A stretch of DNA of 48,506 nucleotides from Eubacteriales bacterium (lineage in GTDB: Bacteria; Bacillota; Clostridia; Oscillospirales; SIG627). The stretch lies in the NCBI GenBank assembly GCA_045658765.1, contig JAZOVP010000010.1, positions 1-48,506 of the forward strand, in the 5' to 3' direction. Positions 41,012 through 48,506 of the stretch are shown one piece after another. Position 1 is the first letter of the stretch, and each line of letters begins with the position of its first letter. The translations under genes were made by a program, and so were the position numbers. The notes under the pieces are model-generated. The model did not search any database and had not been told where the DNA came from. It saw nothing but the letters and a program-made list of their open reading frames with translations.

Positions 41012-42096
41012 CGCGAAAATTCTCCCTTTTCTACCCGAATTTTTCGATCCACAAAGTGGAATTCATTTTCATCGGTGCCCGTTAGAATCACTTGCTTGCC
41101 CAAAAGGCCGCCCGTGATATATTCCCTTCGGGTTTCATCCAGTTCACTCAAAACATCGTCGAGCAAATAAACCGGATCTTGCCCGGTCATTTCTTTGGAA
41201 ATTTCCCCTTCGGAAATTTTCAGTGCCAAAACCGCACTTCTCTGCTGACCTTGCGAGGCAAAGGATTTTGCCGAATAGGAATTGATTTTAATTTCCAAAT
41301 CATCCCGATGAATTCCTTTTCCCGTAAAGCCGTATTTTTGATCCGTGCGAAATGCTTCCTTCAATGCTTTTTTATAAAGCGCGGCCATTTCCTCTCGGCT
41401 CATATTTTCCCGATAAACATCGGATTCATAAGAAAGAAAAAGTGTTTCATTTCCAATCTTTTCAAAATGAATCGGCGCTTTCTGGGATAAAAGGCGAATA
41501 TAATCGGCGCGAATACAAGCAATCTTCACACTCACTTCCGCAAGGCGCTCATTCCAAACTTCAAAAAGCTCCTCCGGAATATGTTTTTTCATGCTCTGCT
41601 TTAAAAGCGAGGCCCTTTGCGCTTCCACTTTATTGAATTCATTTAATAGCGAAGCGTAATACGGGCGAAGCTGGCAGATCGCGCTATCAATAAAACTGCG
41701 CCGTTTTGCGGGGCCGTCTTTGATGAGTCCCAAATGCTCGGGGCAAAAAAGAACCACGCGAAAAAGCCCCAAAAAATCACTGAGCTTGGTGAGCTTTACG
41801 CCGTTTTTATAAATTGCCTTGCCCAAATTCTGATCCAGATCCATTTTCAGTTCAAAGGGAAGCCCCTCGCCCGAAACCTGAATCACAACCTGCGCCTTTT
41901 TTTCCCCGTGGCCAATCATTTCCCGAAAGCGGGAAACGCGAAAACTCTTTCCGCAGGCAAGCAGAAAAATGGCTTCCACAAGGTTTGTTTTCCCTTGCGC
42001 GTTTTTGCCCAAAAGCACATTCGTGCCCTTATAAAAATCCACTGCTGCAGAATCAATATTCCGAAAATGCTTAACTTCGATTCGATCCAGTACCAT
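41008..42096 (-). CDS. recF: DNA replication/repair protein RecF
   Basis: GKNAQGKTN, HRDDL, SQGQQRS, LLDDVLSELD. Confidence 0.97.
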
Positions 42097-43214
42097 CAGT
42101 TCAGTCGCATCGGCACAACCATGTAATAAAATGCGCTCGTGTTTGCACTGGTGATCGCCATTCCCGAAAGCGGGGAATTCAGATCAAACATCACTTCTTC
42201 TTCTCCGCAAGCGGCTGCACCGCGCAGGGCATCCAATAAAAATTTATTATTAAAGCCCACCAGCATTTCGCCGCCCTCCACCGTGCAAAAGATCTCTTCA
42301 TCAATCTTTCCGTTTGAGGTGGTGCATTTGATTTGCAGTCCATCGGCAGTTACCTGCAGGCGAATCGGGCTTTTTGCTCTTTCATCAATGAGCAGTGCGC
42401 ATCTCTCAAAGCATCCGATCGCATCCGAAAGATTCACCTTCACTCTGGTTAAAAATTCCTTCGGCAACGATTTGGAATAATCAATATATTCTCCATCCAC
42501 ATAGCGCGAGAAGAAATAAAAATCTTCAAAAGCAAAAATAATATGTCTTCTGGCAAGCTCAATGCGAATCTGGGTGTCGTCGTCATCCAAAAGGCGAATC
42601 AATTCTTGCAAGGTTTTTGCCGGCACCACAAAGCGCACATCTTTTGTGAGCCCGCGAATTCCCTCTTCCTCGCGAATGGCAATTCGATAGCCATCGCAAC
42701 CGCAAAGGCGAAGCTTTTCGCCAAAGGATTCAAAGAGCACACCCGTTAAAATCGGTTTTAAATCAATGTTTGCACAAGCAAAGATCACCTGCTGAAGCAT
42801 TTTCTTCAAGGTTCCCTGCTCGATCACAAATTTATCATCGCCCGCAAGAAGAGGCATCGAGGGGAAAAGATCGCCCGACATTCCCAAAATTTCAAATTTT
42901 GCACTTCCCGAAGAAATGGTGGTAACAAAATTGGCATCGCTCGAAATGGAAACCGTGCCATCGGGCAAAGCGCGAATCATAGAAGAAAGCTTAATCGCAT
43001 CCAAAAGAATGGCGCCCTCTTCCAAAATTTCAGCTTCAAACGAAGTTTTCACCCCTTTGGTGGTATCAAAGGAAGTAACACTGATTTTATTTTCTTCTTT
43101 TTCCGTTTTCAAATAAAGGCAAGAAAGCGCGGCATTCGCACTTCTCGATGCCGTTGCACAAAGACAAGGCGCAATCGAATCCAAAACGGTTTTTTTGTCG
43201 GCTCGGATGAACAT
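42096..43214 (-). CDS. dnaN: DNA polymerase III beta clamp
   Basis: 372 aa, ILTGVLF, DGYRIA, GFNNKFLLDAL, C-terminal VVPMRL. Downstream of dnaA. Confidence 0.96.
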   Translation of the reverse strand: MFIRADKKTVLDSIAPCLCATASRSANAALSCLYLKTEKEENKISVTSFDTTKGVKTSFEAEILEEGAILLDAIKLSSMIRALPDGTVSISSDANFVTTISSGSAKFEILGMSGDLFPSMPLLAGDDKFVIEQGTLKKMLQQVIFACANIDLKPILTGVLFESFGEKLRLCGCDGYRIAIREEEGIRGLTKDVRFVVPAKTLQELIRLLDDDDTQIRIELARRHIIFAFEDFYFFSRYVDGEYIDYSKSLPKEFLTRVKVNLSDAIGCFERCALLIDERAKSPIRLQVTADGLQIKCTTSNGKIDEEIFCTVEGGEMLVGFNNKFLLDALRGAAACGEEEVMFDLNSPLSGMAITSANTSAFYYMVVPMRLN

Positions 43215-43461
43215 AATTTTTTCTCCTCAACAAAAATGATTTATTTTCTTTTTTAAAATTTATTTCGTTGTATTCGTAGTGGCGGTGAATTCTGTGAAAA
43301 ACTCAAAAGATCAAGCTCTGATCGGGAAAAATCGCTTTTTTTTATTCGTTTGATCCTTGTGAAAAATCAAAACGTTTTCCCCGCTTTTCTTTTCGTGTTT
43401 TTTCGCTCTTTTTTTTCCACAAAAAACCCACAGGAAGTTCACAGCAAATCCTGTGAAAAAA
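43215..43461. other. Replication origin oriC (dnaA-dnaN spacer)
   Basis: Perfect TTWTNCACA boxes at 43293, 43358 and 43452 (reverse) and 43413. On the minus strand the 43293 box is followed by a degenerate box, GC, trio-like CCA CTA CGA ATA CAA CGA and an AT-rich tract (Bacillus-type unwinding layout). Confidence 0.8.
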
Positions 43462-44907
43462 TCAGTCGCGGATCTCGCGGATCAGGCGGGTGATTTCTTC
43501 CTCGAAGGCAGGATTATCCTCAATTTTCTTTTCCACATTCTTAATCGCAGATAAAATAGTGGAATGATCCTGCGAAAAATACCGCGCAATTTCCACCGAA
43601 GAAAGCTCGGTGAGCTCGTGCGAAATATAAATGGAAACATGCCGCGCAATCACAATGTTTGCCTGACGGCGTTTTCCCGTAAGATCTTGAATTTTCACCT
43701 GATAGCGTTCGCATACCTTATCAAAGATCTTTTCCATCACACTATCGGCGCTCTTTTTGGGCACCAAATCGTGGATGCAGGTTTTGGCAAGTTCCAGATC
43801 AATTTCTTTGCCCAGAATGGTGGAATATCCGTGCAGGCGCTTAATCACGCCCTCAAGCTGACGAACACTCGATTTCATTTGATTTGCAAGATATAAAAGC
43901 ACCCCGTCGGGAATGGTGAGCCCCATTGCCTCTGCCTTGCTTGCGGCAATGGCAATTCGAAGCTCAAGCTCGGGCGGCTGAATATCTACCGTGAGTCCCG
44001 ATTCAAATCGGGTGCGAAGCCGATCTTCCAGATGCTTGAGTTCATGAGGGGGTCTGTCGCTGGTGATGATAATTTGCTTATGCTGCTGATAAAGCGCATC
44101 AAAGGTGTGGAAAAATTCTTGCTGGGTGGTTTCTTTTCCCGCAATAAACTGAATATCGTCGAGCAAAAGCACATCGCAGTTGCGATAGCGCTCTCTGAAA
44201 TACCGCATCGGCTTTTTTTGAATCAAACGATCGATCAGTTCGTTTGTGAAATCTTCCCCACGCACATATTGAATTCGCTTGGAAGGATTATGCTTTAAAA
44301 TTTCATTCGAGATGGCAAAAAGCAGATGCGTTTTGCCCATTCCAGAAGGCGAATAAAGGAAAAGCGGATTCCAGCCCTCTGCCGGATTTTTGGCAACCGC
44401 CATACAAGCATCGTGCGCCATGCGGTTGGTATCGCCCACAATAAAGTTTTCAAAGGTATAATCTGCGCCGTATTCAGAAGGAATTTCGGATTTGATGCTC
44501 GTGCCGAGCGGTTCCTCCACTTGCTTTTTTTCTTCTTCGGTTAAAGGAGTTTCCTCTTTGATTCTTTCATCGATGATTTCGTTTGTGAGCGCTCCTTCGG
44601 GAAGAAGACCTTTGGAAATGTGAAGCGCGATTGCTTCGGGAATGGCTTTATGAATATCGCGGGAGAAAATCACAATTTCAACCCTTGCACCCAAAATTTC
44701 AAAAATCACATTCTGCAGGTGCTTGTAATACATATTGAAAACGAATTTTCCCTTGTATTCCTCTTTGGCGGATATGTATGCGTAGTTATCGGTTAATTCT
44801 TCCAGTTCCAATTCCTGAAACCAAATGCTAAACGTTGCGGCGGTAAAAGTACCCGAAGATTTGATATGCTTGAGTACATGCCCCCAAATCTCTTTGTTTG
44901 CGTTCAT
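43462..44907 (-). CDS. dnaA: Chromosomal replication initiator DnaA
   Basis: YTFENFIVG, GMGKTHL, LLLDDIQF, RLRTRF, DHSTIL. Confidence 0.98.
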   Translation of the reverse strand: MNANKEIWGHVLKHIKSSGTFTAATFSIWFQELELEELTDNYAYISAKEEYKGKFVFNMYYKHLQNVIFEILGARVEIVIFSRDIHKAIPEAIALHISKGLLPEGALTNEIIDERIKEETPLTEEEKKQVEEPLGTSIKSEIPSEYGADYTFENFIVGDTNRMAHDACMAVAKNPAEGWNPLFLYSPSGMGKTHLLFAISNEILKHNPSKRIQYVRGEDFTNELIDRLIQKKPMRYFRERYRNCDVLLLDDIQFIAGKETTQQEFFHTFDALYQQHKQIIITSDRPPHELKHLEDRLRTRFESGLTVDIQPPELELRIAIAASKAEAMGLTIPDGVLLYLANQMKSSVRQLEGVIKRLHGYSTILGKEIDLELAKTCIHDLVPKKSADSVMEKIFDKVCERYQVKIQDLTGKRRQANIVIARHVSIYISHELTELSSVEIARYFSQDHSTILSAIKNVEKKIEDNPAFEEEITRLIREIRD

Positions 44908-45099
44908 ATTTGCTCCAATTCTTTTTTATTTTTGGCGAAAAGATCCTCTTGGTTTGGCACCAAATCAATTTTGAGCCCTCTTTTTTGGCAGGATCTTTTT
45001 TCATTCCTTGCCGCCCAATGCGGCTTTTATTGCGGCAAATTTGCCGATCCGCGCCGTTTTTTTGCGCGGCAAGTGAGTATACTTATAATAATATATAAT

Positions 45100-45128
45100 A
45101 TTATAATCTATACTGTGGAAAATTTCAA
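45100..45128 (-). promoter_or_regulatory. dnaA promoter with an embedded DnaA box
   Basis: TTGAAA-17-TATAAT. The spacer begins with TTTTCCACA (45114-45122). Confidence 0.75.
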
Positions 45129-45253
45129 GGGGTTTTTCCCGATCTGGCAGTGTATGTCAGTTTCCTTTCCCCAAAAACTTAAAAAAATTTACAAAATGTT
45201 AAAATTTATCAGGCCCAAAAAAGGAATTTCCGATGCCTTTTTCCTCCAAAAAG

Positions 45254-45284
45254 AAAAAAACAACCTCGGTTAAATCCGAGGTTG
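45254..45284 (-). terminator. Terminator, palindrome family copy 6
   Basis: CAACCTCGG-ttaaat-CCGAGGTTG with T7 following on the minus strand. Confidence 0.75.
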
Positions 45285-45311
45285 CAATTCTTTTGAAAAT
45301 GAAAAATATCC

Positions 45312-45653
45312 TTATTTTTTTTCTTTTGCGATGAAAACTTTATATTTTTTTCCTTCTTTTTTTGCATGCTCAATCACAAATTTTGTTCCTCGGGAAACCC
45401 CGTCCCAAAAGATCAAAATAAGATCGGCATATTCAATAATCTGAAGATTTCGTTTTAAAGGAGCCCCTTTTCCAAAGGCATCGTAATCGGGCAAAAATTC
45501 GGTTAGAATCAGATTCTTTTCCTTTGCAAAAAATCTTGCGCAGGTATCAATTCCGCGCGCCCCTCCCGAAACAATTTCGGTGCATTCCGCGGGAATATAA
45601 TCTTCCAAATTCGAAACCTTCAAGCTCCTCGAGCCCACAATTGCAACTTTCAT
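45312..45653 (-). CDS. SLOG superfamily protein (YspA/DUF2493-like)
   Basis: MKVAIVGSR, IVSGGARGID, APLKRN, FWDG.SRGT. 113 aa from the ATG after GAAGGG. Confidence 0.8.
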   Translation of the reverse strand: MKVAIVGSRSLKVSNLEDYIPAECTEIVSGGARGIDTCARFFAKEKNLILTEFLPDYDAFGKGAPLKRNLQIIEYADLILIFWDGVSRGTKFVIEHAKKEGKKYKVFIAKEKK

Positions 45654-45682
45654 TTTTTTCCCTTCTTTGAAACGGTGAAAAG

Positions 45683-45712
45683 GAAAAGCGGCTGAATCAA
45701 TAGCCGCTTTTC
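45683..45712 (-). terminator. Stem-loop after glnA
   Basis: GAAAAGCGGCT/AGCCGCTTTTC. Confidence 0.65.
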
Positions 45713-45718
45713 GGTGGT

Positions 45719-47803
45719 TTATTTCACACTGTATAAAATTTCGGAATAGGTGGGGAAGGGCCAATCTTCGCGCGGAATCATGCCTTCCAAAGTATCCACC
45801 ACCTCGCGCAATAAAGCCATCTTTTCAAAGATCACTTCTCTTGCAAAGAGGGCGCTTTCCAGTGTTTCGGTGATTTTTTTGGATTTTTTCATCGCCTGTT
45901 CCAAATCGTTTAAGCGGCGATAGAATTTTTCGCCCAAATCACTTGCCTGATCGATCAGATCCTTTTCCATCAAAGCATAAACCTTCATTTCCTTTTTGAG
46001 CTTATATTCTTCAAGAAGGAATTTCTGGTAGCCAATCACGGCAGGCATAATATCTTTTTTGCAAAGATCGATCATGGTGAGCGCTTCCACGTGAGTGGTT
46101 TTGGTATAGTTTTCAAGAAGCACTTCTTTTCGGGAGGTGAGCTCGGTTTCGGAAAGAACCTTGTGCTTTTCGAAAATGCGAATGTTCTTTTCATCGGTAT
46201 AATGCGGCAGTGCTTCCACGGTGGTGGCATAGTTTTCAAGTCCGCGCTTTGCCGCTTCGATGCGCCATTCTTCGGAATAGTTGTTTCCGCCGTAAATAAT
46301 GCGGCTGTGCTTGATTAAGGTATCGTGAATGAGCTTATTCAGATCACTTGCAAAATCATCGCTTTTTTCCAAAACATCCGAAAATTCCGAAAATGCTTCT
46401 GCCACAATGGTATTCAGGATCATATTCGGGCAGGCAATCGAGCAGGAAGATCCGGGCATACGGAATTCAAATTTATTGCCCGTGAAGGCAAAGGGCGAGG
46501 TGCGGTTGCGATCGGTGCTGTCGAGCGGGAGCTCGGGAAGCACGGAAGCGCCGATATTCAGGCGAGTGGCAGGGCGATCCTCGGGCTTTTCGCCAAGCAT
46601 AATATCTTTTAAAATATTTTCAAGTTCCGTGCCCAAAAAGATCGAAAGCACTGCGGGAGGAGCTTCATCGCCGCCCAAGCGGTGATCGTTTGCCGCCCCC
46701 GAAACCGAAATGCGCAAAAGATCCTGATTTTCATCCACCGCCTTGATGATCGCGGTGAGAATCAATAAAAAGAGCGCGTTTTGAGAAGGGGTTTTCCCCG
46801 GTTTCAAAAGATTTTTGCCAGAGCAGGTGGAAAGCGACCAGTTGTTGTGTTTTCCGCTGCCGTTGATTCCTGCAAAGGGCTTTTCGTGAAGAAGGCATGC
46901 AAGCCCGTGGCGAGCGGCAATCTTCTTCATCATTTCCATGGTGAGCTGATTGTGATCGGTGGCAATATTCACCGTGGCAAAAATGGGCGCAAGCTCGTGC
47001 TGCGCGGGTGCCACTTCGTTGTGCTCGGTATTGGCAAGGATTCCAAGCTTCCAAAGCTCTTCATCCAGTTCTTTCATAAATGCGTGCACGCGGGGCTTGA
47101 TCTGGCCGTAGTAGTGATCGTCCATCTCCTGCCCTTTGGGCGGGCGAGCGCCGAAAAGAGTGCGGCCGCAAGAAACAAGATCCGGTCTCTTGCACCACAT
47201 TTCATCATCAATCAGAAAATATTCCTGCTCTGCACCAACATTCACAAAAACTCTTTCTTCTTCCATTCCAAAGAGCTTCAAAAGGCGGCGCGCTTCGCGA
47301 TCAATCGCCTCGTGCGAACGCAGAAGAGGGGTTTTCTTATCCAAGCTTTCTCCGCGGAAGGAGCAGAATGCGGTGGGAATGCAAAGGGTTTTATCTTTAA
47401 TGAAGGCATAGGAAGTGGGATCCCAAGCGGAATATCCTCTTGCCTCGAAGGTGGCTCTGAGCCCGCCCGAGGGGAAGGAAGAGGCATCTGCCTCGCCTGC
47501 GATCAGATTCTTGCCCGAAAATTCCATCACCACTTGGCTATCACTCACAGGGCGCACAAACGAATCGTGCTTTTCTGCGGTGGTGCCGGTGAGCGGCTGA
47601 AACCAATGGGTAAAATGGGTGGCGCCTTGCGAGAGCGCCCAATCGCGCATCCCTTTTGCCACTTCATCGGCAATATGGGGATCGAGCTTTTCTCCTTTGG
47701 TTGCGGTGTTTTTTAAAGAAAGATAAATTTCCTCCGGCAAGTGCTTTTTCATCATTTCATCATTGAAAACGCGAGTGCCGAAAATTTCAGGTACGTTGAT
47801 CAT
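45719..47803 (-). CDS. glnA: Glutamine synthetase type III
   Basis: 694 aa, HWFQPLT..AEKHD, FEARGY..WD, HNEVAP.QHE, GSGKHNNWS, DRNRTSPFAFTGNKFEFR. Confidence 0.96.
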   Translation of the reverse strand: MINVPEIFGTRVFNDEMMKKHLPEEIYLSLKNTATKGEKLDPHIADEVAKGMRDWALSQGATHFTHWFQPLTGTTAEKHDSFVRPVSDSQVVMEFSGKNLIAGEADASSFPSGGLRATFEARGYSAWDPTSYAFIKDKTLCIPTAFCSFRGESLDKKTPLLRSHEAIDREARRLLKLFGMEEERVFVNVGAEQEYFLIDDEMWCKRPDLVSCGRTLFGARPPKGQEMDDHYYGQIKPRVHAFMKELDEELWKLGILANTEHNEVAPAQHELAPIFATVNIATDHNQLTMEMMKKIAARHGLACLLHEKPFAGINGSGKHNNWSLSTCSGKNLLKPGKTPSQNALFLLILTAIIKAVDENQDLLRISVSGAANDHRLGGDEAPPAVLSIFLGTELENILKDIMLGEKPEDRPATRLNIGASVLPELPLDSTDRNRTSPFAFTGNKFEFRMPGSSCSIACPNMILNTIVAEAFSEFSDVLEKSDDFASDLNKLIHDTLIKHSRIIYGGNNYSEEWRIEAAKRGLENYATTVEALPHYTDEKNIRIFEKHKVLSETELTSRKEVLLENYTKTTHVEALTMIDLCKKDIMPAVIGYQKFLLEEYKLKKEMKVYALMEKDLIDQASDLGEKFYRRLNDLEQAMKKSKKITETLESALFAREVIFEKMALLREVVDTLEGMIPREDWPFPTYSEILYSVK

Positions 47804-47824
47804 AATTATCCTTTTCTTTTTGTT

Positions 47825-48313
47825 TTAATAGCCCATGGTTCCGAGGGAATCATCGTTTTCCACCCAATCGGAAACCAAAATGGTGCGGTATTCTTCTTTG
47901 CTGTCGCGGATCACAACTTTTTCAATGCCGGCATTGATCACCATGCGTTTGCACATTTGGCACGAGGAGGAATTGGCAACATATTCGCCCGTTTTCACAT
48001 CGAGCCCGCAAAGATACATCGTGGCGCCGATCATTTGCTCGCGGGAGGCATTGATGATGGCATTTTGCTCTGCATGAACACTGCGGCAAAGCTCATATCG
48101 CTCTCCGCGCGGAATATTCATTTTTTCGCGCAGGCAGAAATTCAAATCACAGCAGTTTTTTCTGCCGCGGGGTGCACCCACATATCCCGTGGAAACAATC
48201 ACATCGTTTTTCACAATGATCGCCCCGTATTTTTTGCGAAGGCAGGTGCCGCGCTCCGCAACGGTTTGCGCAATATCAAGATAATAGTTTTCTTTGGAAG
48301 TGCGATTTGCCAT
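47825..48313 (-). CDS. dCMP deaminase family (ComEB-like)
   Basis: TCLR, STGYVGAP, HAEQNA, CQMC zinc motifs. Confidence 0.92.
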   Translation of the reverse strand: MANRTSKENYYLDIAQTVAERGTCLRKKYGAIIVKNDVIVSTGYVGAPRGRKNCCDLNFCLREKMNIPRGERYELCRSVHAEQNAIINASREQMIGATMYLCGLDVKTGEYVANSSSCQMCKRMVINAGIEKVVIRDSKEEYRTILVSDWVENDDSLGTMGY

Positions 48314-48345
48314 AAAAAACCCTCTCTTTGCATATAATTAACCTC

Positions 48346-48374
48346 ATTATATCAAAATGAATAAAAAAAGTCTA
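48346..48374 (-). promoter_or_regulatory. sigma-A-type promoter of the deaminase-glnA unit
   Basis: TAGACT-17-(TGn)TATAAT. Confidence 0.6.
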
Positions 48375-48444
48375 TACTTTTGTCGTTTTTTTCCCACCAA
48401 AAGCGAAAAAAGAAGAGAAAAAAAGCTAAAAAATGGAACCGAGT

Positions 48445-48503
48445 GGGACAGATGCTGTTTGTTGCCAAATTCCAAAGGAATTTGAAACAAACGTGTCTGT
48501 CCC
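48445..48503. repeat. Long imperfect inverted repeat at the window end
   Basis: GGGACAGA..GTTTGTT..CAAATTCC-aaa-GGAATTTG..AACAAAC..TCTGTCCC. Confidence 0.7.
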
Positions 48504-48506
48504 CGA

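Noticed and set aside
45312-45653. SLOG gene as part of a nucleotide-signalling defence system
   Set aside because: Stand-alone small YspA-like gene with no TIR, sirtuin, NADAR or effector partner adjacent.

Overview
Core-genome window from a spore-forming Clostridia-like (Bacillota) chromosome containing the replication origin. The dnaA-dnaN-recF-remB-gyrB-gyrA cluster lies on the minus strand at 35.9-44.9 kb and continues into a long co-oriented run: PPTase, RNHCP, ftsK, pgm, DUF896, preQ1 riboswitch-queT, a Zn-PLC-like gene and ddl. Other housekeeping genes are gap, tatD, metG, addAB, T-box-thrS, uraA-upp, topB, iscS/nifZ-thiI, pth, glnA type III and a dCMP deaminase. Accessory content is small: AraC plus GH127, DUF6440, two tandem beta-helix paralogs and a VIT1/rubrerythrin gene. 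I saw no rRNA, tRNA, CRISPR array, transposase or integrase. The most notable observations are: (1) an orphan 3' fragment of spoIVB cut exactly at its catalytic GMSGSP motif at the left edge, which looks like the att junction of an integrative element; (2) a CPBP intramembrane protease fused in frame to peptidyl-tRNA hydrolase, with an internal RBS; (3) a dense DnaA-box cluster between gyrB and gyrA, about 4.6 kb from the dnaA-dnaN origin; (4) a dispersed CAACCTCG(G)..(C)CGAGGTTG palindrome family, a 56-bp tandem repeat and an acidic insertion in GyrB. All calls come from reading motifs by eye, with no database searches.
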